Source of the DNA: a virus
Lineage: Duplodnaviria > Caudoviricetes
Reading direction: 5' to 3' (one strand)
DNA length: 38,511 nucleotides
IMG/VR virus record: IMGVR_UViG_3300036773_000165
Span: 1-38,511 of that record
The translations under genes and the position numbers were made by a program. Below the pieces are notes generated by a model. It ran no database searches. It was given only the letters and a program-made list of their open reading frames with translations, and was not told the DNA's origin. Within the stretch, counting starts at the first letter, position 1. Each line of letters begins with the position of its first letter. This document shows positions 8,012 to 16,537 of this stretch, in pieces.

Positions 8012-9816
8012 CACAGTGCCTGATCGACGAAGAAGCCGTAGGTAGTTATTGGACCTGTGAACCGCACGTAAGTCTTTCCACCTGCGGTAATGGTGTCTCC
8101 GGCGATCGAGGTGATACCTGAGCAGAACACTCCAATCAGTAGACCGCGTACCGCGTCCGGAAAGTTGGACACAGGCCGGGTAGTACCGATCATGCACCGA
8201 GACAGCGCGCCGGCGTTCCCGCTATAAAGCGAAGACGTCGAAGGCAGCGGGGTGAAATTCACGGGAAGAAGCGTCCCGCTGGCACTGACTAGCGCGTAAC
8301 CGTTGTGGATAGCCGCCTCAAAGTTGCTCCCGCTCGTTGCTGTCTGCCCAGGCTCGCGGGTAAATCCTCCTGACGCCTGCGGAGCATTGCCGCCGATGGC
8401 GCCAGCACTGGCTTGAGCAGTCGGCATCCGCGCGCAGACCAGCGGGAATTGGGTCACTCCGGTAGGTAGCAGGTCGTCGTACAGGCCGGCGTAGAATCCG
8501 ATCTCATTCGACGTTTTGATGCCGACTACGACCCTATTGGCGTTAGCACTTACCCAGTACGTGAACGCTGTGGTTGTCAATGTCTGATTGGCTGCGGCCC
8601 CAAATGCCGATCCGGAATCAGGAGCAATCGCCGCCGCCGGATTAGCGTAACTAGTTGCTACCGGGATGACGTTTTGGCTGGTCCCACCGATGTTGCTCGC
8701 CTTATGCGTGGCCACGCTGTAAGTTTCAGCGACCTGAAAGAACAGCACCGTGTTCAAATCACTGGCCCGACGCAGAATCAGATACCAGTCCTGACCGAAC
8801 TGATTCGATGCTGCCGGACTCTTGTAAACGTCAGCTGTCGGACTCGTCGACACACCGGTTAGGGTCCGGGCGGTCCAGGTGACCCCGTCTGGGGAGGTCG
8901 CTGCCGTGGTCGAGCCACTTGCGACCGTCACGAACACACTGTTGCCGTAGGTCACTGAGGTCCAGGCGACTGAGGCCGGCAGGGTCTGCTGCGTCCAAGT
9001 GGTCCCGTTCACCGAGGTCGCTGCGACCGTTGACGAACTTGAAACCGCTACGAACAGACTGCCGCTGTAGGTCACTGACGCCCAGGTGGCAGAGAAAGGC
9101 AAAGTCCGTTGAGTCCAGGTAATCCCGTCGGGAGAACTCACTGCCACGGTGGACCCTGAAGAGACCCCCACAAAGAGGCTGTTGCCATATGTCACCGACG
9201 TCAAAGATGCAGTGACCGGCAAAGTCCGTTGAGTCCAGGTGATTCCGTCTGCAGAGGAAGCGGCAACCGTGGACGAGGTGGCTGTGACTGCGACGAACAC
9301 ATTATTTCCGTAGGTCACCGAACTCCAGTTGGTCGCAACCGGGAGTGTCCGCTGCGTCCACGTGATTCCGTCCGGGGAGGACGCCGCGATGGTCGACGCA
9401 CTGATGGAGACCGCCACATAAAGGTTGTTTCCGTAGGTCACCGACGACCAGTTCGCTGACACCGGTGCGGTCCGCTGAGTCCAGGTGATTCCGTCCGTGG
9501 ACGTGGCGAAAGCCGTACCGTTTCCGACGAGGACAAACAAGCCGTTGCCGTAGGTCACCGATGTCCAGGTAGCAACGACAGGCAGAACCCGGATGGACCA
9601 AGTGATCCCGTCTGGAGAGGTCGCTACCGTCGACGTGCTAGCGGCAACAGCCACGAACAGACTGTTGCCGTAAGCCACCGACGACCAGGAGGCATTGGTG
9701 GGGGTGGCGTAGGTCTCGACCAGCGTCATTCCGCCGGAGACGATGGACGTACCGAGGGCAGCCATCAGATCTTTCGCCGGAGAGCTGCTGGTAATCGTTC
9801 CAGTCGCGTATGTCAT
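8011..9816 (-). CDS. Virion protein with an inserted 7-bladed beta-propeller
   Basis: 601 aa; seven SPDGITW repeats after a ~40-aa N-terminus, then a ~280-aa non-repetitive C-terminal region. Confidence 0.8.
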   Translation of the reverse strand: MTYATGTITSSSPAKDLMAALGTSIVSGGMTLVETYATPTNASWSSVAYGNSLFVAVAASTSTVATSPDGITWSIRVLPVVATWTSVTYGNGLFVLVGNGTAFATSTDGITWTQRTAPVSANWSSVTYGNNLYVAVSISASTIAASSPDGITWTQRTLPVATNWSSVTYGNNVFVAVTATSSTVAASSADGITWTQRTLPVTASLTSVTYGNSLFVGVSSGSTVAVSSPDGITWTQRTLPFSATWASVTYSGSLFVAVSSSSTVAATSVNGTTWTQQTLPASVAWTSVTYGNSVFVTVASGSTTAATSPDGVTWTARTLTGVSTSPTADVYKSPAASNQFGQDWYLILRRASDLNTVLFFQVAETYSVATHKASNIGGTSQNVIPVATSYANPAAAIAPDSGSAFGAAANQTLTTTAFTYWVSANANRVVVGIKTSNEIGFYAGLYDDLLPTGVTQFPLVCARMPTAQASAGAIGGNAPQASGGFTREPGQTATSGSNFEAAIHNGYALVSASGTLLPVNFTPLPSTSSLYSGNAGALSRCMIGTTRPVSNFPDAVRGLLIGVFCSGITSIAGDTITAGGKTYVRFTGPITTYGFFVDQAL

Positions 9817-10508
9817 CAGGCGAACCTTTCCACTCGCAAATTTGACAAAGTGAACGTTCGCGAGCTGGTGCCCGTGTTCCGGATGCCGACGAACAGGTCT
9901 TGGGTGCCACCGTCATTTTCGAAGTACCAGACGGTGGGGTTGCTGTAAGACGTTGAGGTAATGGCAATAGCCTGCAGGAACAGCGTCCCGCTGGAACTGC
10001 CTGAGCCTCGTACCTCAATGTCGAAGGAGCCGGTGGTGTCAACGCCGACAGCGAAGAGACTGACAATCCCTCGGACTGCAATCGAGGGCACGGTGTAGAA
10101 GGTGAACGCCACCTGGTTGCCGGCCTGCGTGCCGAGTGCGACAGCGTTTGCCGTCACCTTGCTCGTGCTGGCGCTCGTTCCCGGAATGCCCTGTGGTCCT
10201 TGCGGTCCCGTAGCGCCGGCCGATCCAGCGGGTCCGGTCGGGCCCGTTGGACCGGTAGCGCCAGTGGCTCCCGTTGGACCGGCAACGCCCTGGTCGCCCT
10301 TGGGTCCTTGCGGACCAGTCGCGCCCGTTGCGCCGGCGGGACCGGTGGCTCCCGTCGCCCCTGGGTCACCTTGGTCTCCCTTAGGACCCTGTGGACCGGT
10401 TGGGGAAATGATCCACTGGTAGTCGTAGTCGACGGTGGATCGTTTCTGCAGGAAGGATCCTGCTGTACCGCCAGGCGGCACGCGAGAGCCTGATCCGACT
10501 GACGGCAC
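9816..10508 (-). CDS. Short collagen-like fibre protein
   Basis: ~25 Gly-X-Y triplets; N-terminal [23 protein letters not shown] matches the C-terminal [23 protein letters not shown] of 5175-7748. Confidence 0.8.
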   Translation of the reverse strand: MPSVGSGSRVPPGGTAGSFLQKRSTVDYDYQWIISPTGPQGPKGDQGDPGATGATGPAGATGATGPQGPKGDQGVAGPTGATGATGPTGPTGPAGSAGATGPQGPQGIPGTSASTSKVTANAVALGTQAGNQVAFTFYTVPSIAVRGIVSLFAVGVDTTGSFDIEVRGSGSSSGTLFLQAIAITSTSYSNPTVWYFENDGGTQDLFVGIRNTGTSSRTFTLSNLRVERFA

Positions 10509-10540
10509 AGCGGCTCCTTCCGAGGTTCAGCGTGTTCTTG

Positions 10541-12085
10541 TCAGCCGACGACCACGGCGCGGTACTGGCCGCTGGTGGGGGCCTGCCCGAACAGGAGAGT
10601 CACGGTGTTGGCGTCGGTGCGCTGCACCTCGGCGTAGACGGTGTCGTAGGGTGCCGCGGTGGCGTACAGCTCAACCTGCACGTCGCGGGTGTTGAGGCTG
10701 TGCACGATGGGGATGCTGGTGGCCACCCCGTCGCCGACGGTGGCGGCGAACCGCCGGGCGACGACCGTGGTGTCGATCTTGATGTCAGTGCCGACCAGGA
10801 TGCCGAGACCCTGTACGGCCTTGAGGCCAGCGGCGGCGGTCGCGAGACCACCGGCCGGATCGGTGGTGATCCCGACGCCGGTCGCGTCGACGTCGAGGCC
10901 GTCATTCGGGCGGGCGACCACGGCCAGCCCGGTGGCGCTGGTAGCCAGGCCGCCAGCCGGATCGGTGGTGATCCCGATCCCCGTGGAATCCACGTCGAGG
11001 CCGTCGTTGGGCCGCAGGACCACGCTGACCCCGGCCGCGGCGACCGCGATACCGGAGTTCGGCTTCGGCACCACGGCAAGACCGGCCACCCCGACGCTCA
11101 GGCCCCCGGTGGGAGCGGCGACCGTGGTCAGCCCGTTCGAGTCGGCGCTCAGGCCGGAGGGGGTGGCGAGTTTCGTGGCGACGCCGCTGGAGCCGACCTG
11201 GAGACCACCGTTGGGGTCGGCGACCGCCTTGACGCCGGTGGCGTCGGTGGTGATGCCGTTGCCGGAGACGACCTGCAGTCCGGTGGCGTCAACGGTGAGG
11301 CCCTTGTTGGCGGCGATGACCGTCTGGATGCCGGTGGCGTCTACCGCGAGTCCGGAGTTGGCCTTCAGTACGACGCCGGCACCGTTGGCGTCGGTGCTGA
11401 GGCCGGCCGCGGTGCGAGGCACGAACCGCAGCCCGGCCGCGTCGGCGAACAGGGCAGTGTTCGCGACCAGCTTGGTGGCCACCCCGCTGTTGCCGACCTG
11501 GAGGCCGCCGGCCGGGTCGGCGATGACCCCGATGCCGGTTCCGTTGACCGAGATGCCGCCGTTGGGAGCCGGGACGGCGGTCACCACGTGGTTGGTGATG
11601 TCGACACCGTTCTGCCCGGTGTAGACCGGGGCAGTGCCGGCGTTCAGCAGCGCCCAGTCCATCCCGGTGGTGCCGACGACGATCGGCCCGTCGGTGATCA
11701 GGACGAAGGTGTGGTTGCCGTTGCTGGTGCCCTCGGACACCGTGACCGCGGTGCCAGCGCGCAGTTCCGCATTCGTGTCGGCGTCTACCGAGCGCCCCAG
11801 CGACGTTCCGGAGTAGACGTAGATGCCGTTCTCAACGTTGTTGGTCTGCCCCATCAACAGAACACGATCGTTCGCGGCCAGCGTGACCCCGTCAATCGCG
11901 GCGCCGGGGGCAGAGACGCTCACGTTCGTAGAGGCAGCGACCCGAACAGCGTCCTTCCAGATCAGACCCGTCGCAATGTTGTCGACGTACTGCTTAGTGA
12001 CCGCATCGCTGGAAAGGGCCGGAGCGCCTACGTTCTGGATGCGATTGTTGTTGAGATCAACAACGTTAGTGAAATTGATGGGCAT
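10541..12085 (-). CDS. Long fibre protein (head-fibre type) with beta-spiral-like shaft
   Basis: DAVTKQYVD / KDAVRVA / DRVLL.GQ...ENGIY N-domain, ~17 repeats of ~17 aa (DPAGGLxVxxxGxxxxx), C-terminal HSLNTRDVQV domain; SD CAGGAG. Confidence 0.8.
   Translation of the reverse strand: MPINFTNVVDLNNNRIQNVGAPALSSDAVTKQYVDNIATGLIWKDAVRVAASTNVSVSAPGAAIDGVTLAANDRVLLMGQTNNVENGIYVYSGTSLGRSVDADTNAELRAGTAVTVSEGTSNGNHTFVLITDGPIVVGTTGMDWALLNAGTAPVYTGQNGVDITNHVVTAVPAPNGGISVNGTGIGVIADPAGGLQVGNSGVATKLVANTALFADAAGLRFVPRTAAGLSTDANGAGVVLKANSGLAVDATGIQTVIAANKGLTVDATGLQVVSGNGITTDATGVKAVADPNGGLQVGSSGVATKLATPSGLSADSNGLTTVAAPTGGLSVGVAGLAVVPKPNSGIAVAAAGVSVVLRPNDGLDVDSTGIGITTDPAGGLATSATGLAVVARPNDGLDVDATGVGITTDPAGGLATAAAGLKAVQGLGILVGTDIKIDTTVVARRFAATVGDGVATSIPIVHSLNTRDVQVELYATAAPYDTVYAEVQRTDANTVTLLFGQAPTSGQYRAVVVG
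10845..11020. repeat. Recent 102-nt tandem duplication in the fibre shaft
   Basis: RPNDGLDVD(S/A)TG(I/V)GITTDPAGGLAT occurs twice, 34 aa apart, with close DNA similarity. Confidence 0.75.
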
Positions 12086-12100
12086 CTCGGGCGTCTCCTG

Positions 12101-12562
12101 TCAGGGCCGCAAATAAGCCGTGCCGGTGTATGGCGCGCTGTGAACGATCACCGTCGTCTGGTCGCTGGGAAACTGGATCTCGGCGATCATCTGTTGCCCG
12201 CTGCCATCCAAAAGCACGACATTAGGAATCAAGCCCATGTGGTGATCGATAACCCAGGTGGCAGCCGGAACCGTCTGGTGGTGGGTGTAAGAAACCCCGC
12301 CACCAGCAGCGACCGTCTGAATCTCCTCATGCAGATCCTGCGCGGCTTCTTCCCACTGATATGTGAAGCCACGGCCGCCGCCAGCGTCAGGATCGGAAGT
12401 ATCCAAATCCGATCCGAACATGCTCAGACCGCGAATTTCCTGAGCCGCAGGAACGGTGATCAGCGGGAATCCCGCACGAGGCGACCTTTTCGGCACGAAC
12501 CGACGGGCGCGATTCGACTGCCGCTCAGCAGGCGGCGGCACAGTGCTGTCGGTCCCGGACAC
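12101..12562 (-). CDS. Small virion fibre-associated protein
   Basis: C-terminal YTHHQ...WVIDHHMG..PNV...GTAYL domain, paralogous to 25646-26053; GTG start 7 nt after CCGATGT. Confidence 0.75.
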   Translation of the reverse strand: MSGTDSTVPPPAERQSNRARRFVPKRSPRAGFPLITVPAAQEIRGLSMFGSDLDTSDPDAGGGRGFTYQWEEAAQDLHEEIQTVAAGGGVSYTHHQTVPAATWVIDHHMGLIPNVVLLDGSGQQMIAEIQFPSDQTTVIVHSAPYTGTAYLRP

Positions 12563-12569
12563 ACCTACT

Positions 12570-12576
12570 ACATCGG
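12570..12576 (-). promoter_or_regulatory. Putative late promoter CCGATGT (leaderless)
   Basis: Motif variant exactly 7 nt before GTG 12562. Confidence 0.5.
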
Positions 12577-12595
12577 AAGGAGCCTTTCCCCGCGG

Positions 12596-13144
12596 TCATT
12601 CACCCCTACGGTCGAGCTGAGGTGCACCCGGGTACAACTGGTTGACACAGGCGATGAATTTGTCGCCTTTGGGATCGACGTCTCGCGGATTCGTTCGAGC
12701 ACAATAGAGCACGGTCAGCTCGTACAGCTTCACCGTGTCAAGCACCTTCGCCTGGTTGGCGGCGTTGAGCTGACCGCAGCGGCCGGTCGAGTTCAGGCAA
12801 TCGAGCAAGGTGCGGTTAGTCTCGGCGGTGTTCCTGGCGATCAACGCGACCTGGTGCTGAGACTTACGAGTTGCGTTCAGATTGATGGCGTTGAACACGG
12901 CCAACGACAGCAGCACGGCGGTCAACACCAGGGCCAAACCGATCACCCAGCGCATCTGCTGATGCGAGCGCTCCAAAGCATCTACCTTCCGATCCCGCGC
13001 CGCTGTCTCCTCCCGCACCCGCTCCACCAAATTCAACATCGTCCGGTTTGACTCATTGTTCGAGGCAACCAGCTCTTCCACGATGAGCGTGCTTCGCAGT
13101 TCACTCTCGCGGCCCGTGTCGGGGAACGACCCTGGATCAGTCAC
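12596..13144 (-). CDS. Membrane protein (coiled coil + 1 TM + Cys-paired external domain), probable lysis accessory
   Basis: TM WVIGLALVLTAVLLSLAVFNAI; four Cys after the TM. Confidence 0.65.
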   Translation of the reverse strand: MTDPGSFPDTGRESELRSTLIVEELVASNNESNRTMLNLVERVREETAARDRKVDALERSHQQMRWVIGLALVLTAVLLSLAVFNAINLNATRKSQHQVALIARNTAETNRTLLDCLNSTGRCGQLNAANQAKVLDTVKLYELTVLYCARTNPRDVDPKGDKFIACVNQLYPGAPQLDRRGE

Positions 13145-13326
13145 TTCTTCACGTCCTTCAATTCTTCTCGCAGCAACTTAATCAACAGAGCCTGACGGGC
13201 GAGAATCCGCTCATGCTCCTCGACCGCATGCTGCAGCTGCTCCAGAACATCCTCCGACTCCTGCCGCTGCCGCTCGCTCATCTGTGGAATGTCCTTCAGT
13301 AGAGAATGAAGATCACGCTCATCCAT
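13141..13326 (-). CDS. Small coiled-coil protein (61 aa, MDERDLHSLL...)
   Basis: ATG 13326 overlaps the end of the upstream gene; coupled to the downstream gene. Confidence 0.6.
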   Translation of the reverse strand: MDERDLHSLLKDIPQMSERQRQESEDVLEQLQHAVEEHERILARQALLIKLLREELKDVKK

Positions 13327-13669
13327 GACGGCTCCCGTCAGGCGGCGGACCCTGATCTTGGCGGCGAATACTGTCACGAACCTTCATCTCCGTAATGACC
13401 TTGATCGCTTCTTCCAGGACTTCCGCCACTTGCTTGTGCAACAGCGTCGTCTCCACCTGCTTAGGAAGCATCTCGCCACGGATAAACTCGTTGAGCTCAC
13501 GAACAAGTTGCTCTGCCTTATCAGTTCGTTCCCGCTCCCGGGAAACTGAACCCCTGGTGTAAACGACCAGCAAGATAACGATGATGCCGAGTGCGCCGTA
13601 CTGCACGAGCGCGAACAACGGATCGCTAGCATCAGCGCCACTAGCAGCCCAGTTCAAGACGGTCTGCAT
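13319..13669 (-). CDS. Holin-like membrane protein (116 aa)
   Basis: Single N-terminal TM (LVQYGALGIIVILLVVY) followed by a charged coiled coil; ATG 13669 lies 7 nt after CCGATAG. Confidence 0.55.
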   Translation of the reverse strand: MQTVLNWAASGADASDPLFALVQYGALGIIVILLVVYTRGSVSRERERTDKAEQLVRELNEFIRGEMLPKQVETTLLHKQVAEVLEEAIKVITEMKVRDSIRRQDQGPPPDGSRHG

Positions 13670-13676
13670 GTCATCC

Positions 13677-13683
13677 CTATCGG
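13677..13683 (-). promoter_or_regulatory. Putative late promoter CCGATAG (leaderless)
   Basis: Exactly 7 nt before ATG 13669, just downstream of the capsid terminator. Confidence 0.65.
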
Positions 13684-13712
13684 ATAGGTGAGACCTTTCG
13701 ACCTCCATACAG

Positions 13713-13744
13713 CAAGCGACCCCCGACGATGCGGGGGTCGCTTG
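13713..13744 (-). terminator. Intrinsic terminator-like hairpin after the major capsid gene
   Basis: Perfect 13-bp stem CAAGCGACCCCCG / CGGGGGTCGCTTG with a 6-nt loop, 13 nt after the stop; weak U-tail, as is common in actinomycetes. Confidence 0.8.
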
Positions 13745-13757
13745 GCCGATGCATCCC

Positions 13758-14759
13758 TTACGGCTGGGAAACGTCCGCGATGTAGAGCATCTGCTCCGGC
13801 CGGGTGATGACCGGCATGATGTTCCACTCGACCAGGAACTGCCGGGCCGAAGGGTCCTTTTCTTTCCAGGTCTTGGTGAACTTGCCGGTGAAGTTGTCCG
13901 GCGCCTCATCGTCAGCGGTCGGTCCGACGTACAGCTCGATCGGCCGCTGGTCGGTGTAGTTCCCCATGAACAGCGCGTTGTCCGGGACGAACAGGGTGCT
14001 GTTGCCGGCGTCGTCGTCGTAGATGGTCTCGACGGTGTTCCAGTTCAGGCCCATGAAACCCGGGAGCGTGCCCGAGCTGTAGTACTGGTCCTTCATCCGG
14101 TCGCTCATCAGCAGCGGCGCGGACGCTCCGTTGGCGGCGAACGAGTCGAAGATGTAGGCCATCGTCAGCTCGGTGGCGAAAGCGTCCTTGATGTCGACCC
14201 GGCCGTCGCGGCGCACCAGCCGCTTCCAGGCGCGGATGTCGGCGACGATCTGCTGCGGGGTGGCGGTGTCCCAACCGACGGTTGGGGTGGGCTTGTGCGA
14301 GGCCGGGAACTGGTAGTCCACGTTGGCTTCGACGTCGGGGTAATCGAACCCGATCTGACCCTTGAGCGCCGACCAGAGCAGGAATTCGGCGAACATATCG
14401 AGCCGCTGGTTGAGGTCGGTGACCTCGCGGAGTACGGCCTGCTCAGCGTTGGTCTGGGCGATCTGACCCGGCGTACGCAACCAGTGAATGGTGGTCGGCT
14501 CAAAAACCTTTTTTTCTCGCAGATACACGAAGGAAGCGGCGGCCTGCGAACGGCCGAGCCGGGGCACGATGTGAGCCTCGGAGTTCGGGACGTTCGGCTT
14601 CGCGATCATTCGCGAGCCTTTGATGATGTCCCAGGTGACCGAAGGGAATGGCCACGGCGTCTGCGGCACCGTGCTGAGTAGAGTCAGATTCTCGCTGGCG
14701 GTGAACTTCTCAACCACGCCGCGAAGGACCATGGGCTCAAGAAGGCTGATTGCTGGCAT
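13758..14759 (-). CDS. Major capsid protein (lambda gpE-like, HK97 fold)
   Basis: 333 aa; follows scaffold and decoration genes; strong SD AAAGGAG; C-terminal W.EKDPSA....VE...MPV resembles phage capsid E family. Confidence 0.88.
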   Translation of the reverse strand: MPAISLLEPMVLRGVVEKFTASENLTLLSTVPQTPWPFPSVTWDIIKGSRMIAKPNVPNSEAHIVPRLGRSQAAASFVYLREKKVFEPTTIHWLRTPGQIAQTNAEQAVLREVTDLNQRLDMFAEFLLWSALKGQIGFDYPDVEANVDYQFPASHKPTPTVGWDTATPQQIVADIRAWKRLVRRDGRVDIKDAFATELTMAYIFDSFAANGASAPLLMSDRMKDQYYSSGTLPGFMGLNWNTVETIYDDDAGNSTLFVPDNALFMGNYTDQRPIELYVGPTADDEAPDNFTGKFTKTWKEKDPSARQFLVEWNIMPVITRPEQMLYIADVSQP

Positions 14760-14866
14760 TTGCCCATGTCTCCTTTAGGCGGCATCTGCGGTCACTCAGC
14801 GACTTCTTGCGAAGTCCGGCCTGCGCCGCCCGTGTCGGGCTCACTTAGCTGGCCTGGTGTTGTTCT

Positions 14867-14873
14867 TCATCGG
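14867..14873 (-). promoter_or_regulatory. Putative late promoter CCGATGA for the major capsid gene
   Basis: Motif variant in the 212-nt intergenic region, ~107 nt upstream of ATG 14759. Confidence 0.45.
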
Positions 14874-14921
14874 AACGAGTAGTTGTCTACCCGCAATTCA
14901 GCCATTTCTGGCCCGATAGCA

Positions 14922-14956
14922 AAGACCCCAGCCAGAGGAAAGCCGGCCAGGGTCTT
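14922..14956 (-). terminator. Terminator-like hairpin between head decoration and capsid genes
   Basis: Minus strand AAGACCCTGGCCGG-ctttcct-CTGGCTGGGGTCTT, 14-bp stem with G-U pairs that form only on the minus strand. Confidence 0.6.
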
Positions 14957-14971
14957 GAGCTATTGCACCGA

Positions 14972-15376
14972 TCAGAGTTTGAACGTGCCGCGAACGGTAT
15001 CGACCACGGCGCCGAGGTCGGTGAGCGCGGCGGCGTCAGCGCCGACGATCAGCGGGTACTTCAGGATGCCCTGGATGACGATGTTGCTGACCTGGTCGTT
15101 CGCAACCGACACAGTGGTTCCGGTATCGACAGCCCGGCGCAGCACACCGCGGGCGACCTGAGTGCCATCCGCGTTCGCGTTGTTGTAGGCGTAGTACTTC
15201 TTGTCGGCAGTCTTCTGTCCGAGGAGGGTACCGGCCGCAAGAACGCCCTGACCCGAACCGATGGTGACACCCTTCTGGGTGAAGCCGGCGGTCGAGTAGA
15301 GGATTTCCGGGTCGATGTAGTCGCCGGTCGGGGAGGTGAAACCCGGCACCGGAAGTTTCTGGTACTGAGTGGCCAT
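14972..15376 (-). CDS. Head decoration protein (lambda gpD-like)
   Basis: 134 aa, GVTI.SGQGVL.AGT.LG....KY..Y....DG...A.GVL; immediately upstream of the capsid gene. Confidence 0.8.
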   Translation of the reverse strand: MATQYQKLPVPGFTSPTGDYIDPEILYSTAGFTQKGVTIGSGQGVLAAGTLLGQKTADKKYYAYNNANADGTQVARGVLRRAVDTGTTVSVANDQVSNIVIQGILKYPLIVGADAAALTDLGAVVDTVRGTFKL

Positions 15377-15406
15377 GATGACCTCTTTCTTCTGGCCGGG
15401 CTTTTG

Positions 15407-15934
15407 TTACTTGATGAGCGCGGAGAGCCGGAGAACTTCGGCGTCGATGTCGAGTTCCTGCTTCTTGTCGTCCGGCTTGTTGACGCCAACCTCGTTGGAA
15501 AGCTTCACGATCGGCTGGGCCGGGAGGAGCTTGTCGAACATTTCGGGGTTCGACAGTTTCAGCTCGACGCGGGCTTCCCGCTCGGCCGGAAGAATGCGGC
15601 CCTCGCTGATGTATCCGTCAACCGTGTGCTCGGCTTCGCGCTTTTCCATCGACTGGACGCGGTTGGTCAGGGCGACGTTGTTGGTGGCCAGATCCTGGAC
15701 GGCGGCGATGACCGTGTCAGTGCTCGGCTTGTCGTCGTCCTTGGCGGTGAGCTGGACAACGCCGGCCTTGGTGAGCGCGTCGACAATGGTCTGGCTCAGG
15801 GCCATCTGCTTGGTGGCGTCGGCCTGCTGTGCCTGCAGCGCGCTCACGTCGATGTTGTGCTTGGCCTTCAGCGCGGCGAGCATTTCGTCAAGGGACGGCT
15901 CTGCCACGGTCTGGGTGGTCTCCTGCTCGGGCAC
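15407..15934 (-). CDS. Putative nested scaffold protein (175 aa) from an internal in-frame GTG
   Basis: AAGGAG-6nt-GTG at 15934, in frame in the interdomain linker; internal CCGATAG at 16008-16014. Confidence 0.55.
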   Translation of the reverse strand: MPEQETTQTVAEPSLDEMLAALKAKHNIDVSALQAQQADATKQMALSQTIVDALTKAGVVQLTAKDDDKPSTDTVIAAVQDLATNNVALTNRVQSMEKREAEHTVDGYISEGRILPAEREARVELKLSNPEMFDKLLPAQPIVKLSNEVGVNKPDDKKQELDIDAEVLRLSALIK

Positions 15935-16513
15935 TTCCGGCTCCTTGGCGGGCTTTTCAACGACTGCCGTGTTGTTGTCAGAAAGCAGCACGGCTGCTTC
16001 GTCTGACCTATCGGTAGTAGCTGCCAGGATCTCCTCGTAATCATCAAGTCCGGTGACATAAGGGCGGTTGGTTACACACGAATGCAGAAGGGTCGGCCCG
16101 ACCTTTTTCTGTGTTTTGGTGTCGGTGTAGTCAAGCGAAAGCATCGCCGAGGCACCGAGGTATGTCTTGCCCATCCGGGCTGCGTGCTGCGGGTCGCGAA
16201 CGTCGAGGACAGCGAAGACCTTGTCGCCCTCGACTCGAAGGTCGACGACCTCACCGATGTTACGGTCGGGTTCCTCGCTGTGTTCATTGTTCTTGTTCGC
16301 CAGCGGAACCTGAACGATGTCGCAGATCCGGTCGTCGAAGTTCTTTTTCAGCTTCGCGACGAATTCATCGTCGATGTTGACGACGCCGATTTTTGGATGG
16401 ACGAGCGGTCCCTTGGTGAGCAGGTGCTTCTTGAAGAGTCGCCCCTGGCGAGTACGTGCCAGCTCAACGTATCCGTCGCCGTCCGACGGGACGATGACGA
16501 AGTTCTCGCCCAT
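15407..16513 (-). CDS. Capsid maturation protease / scaffold fusion (Mu gpI-like)
   Basis: N-domain with H...NIGEV, YLGASA and LLHSCVTNRPY (Mu-I-type LTNRP); C-terminal helical scaffold with EGRILPAERE. Confidence 0.8.
   Translation of the reverse strand: MGENFVIVPSDGDGYVELARTRQGRLFKKHLLTKGPLVHPKIGVVNIDDEFVAKLKKNFDDRICDIVQVPLANKNNEHSEEPDRNIGEVVDLRVEGDKVFAVLDVRDPQHAARMGKTYLGASAMLSLDYTDTKTQKKVGPTLLHSCVTNRPYVTGLDDYEEILAATTDRSDEAAVLLSDNNTAVVEKPAKEPEVPEQETTQTVAEPSLDEMLAALKAKHNIDVSALQAQQADATKQMALSQTIVDALTKAGVVQLTAKDDDKPSTDTVIAAVQDLATNNVALTNRVQSMEKREAEHTVDGYISEGRILPAEREARVELKLSNPEMFDKLLPAQPIVKLSNEVGVNKPDDKKQELDIDAEVLRLSALIK
16008..16014 (-). promoter_or_regulatory. Putative internal late promoter CCGATAG
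   Basis: Inside the protease gene, encoded via the rare AGG Arg codon (ACC GAT AGG), 73 nt upstream of the internal GTG. Confidence 0.55.
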
Positions 16514-16537
16514 AGTGCCTCCCTGGATTCCCAGGGA

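Noticed and set aside
2836-9816. Propeller repeats as a diversity-generating retroelement target or CRISPR-like array
   Set aside because: Repeats are in-frame coding blades with synonymous divergence at all bases; no non-coding template repeat, reverse transcriptase or repeat-spacer structure in the window
10532-13051. 839-aa plus-strand ORF and other long plus-strand ORFs (1841-2818, 5277-6362, 6612-7934, 13749-14681, 14963-16006, 18384-19373, 21957-22997)
   Set aside because: Antisense shadows of high-GC minus-strand genes; no recognisable motifs or RBS, and they lie opposite well-supported genes
14760-14866. Self-cleaving ribozyme (hammerhead or HDV-like) in the capsid leader
   Set aside because: CTGAGTGA is not followed by stem II and GAAA, and no HDV-type P1 complement could be found
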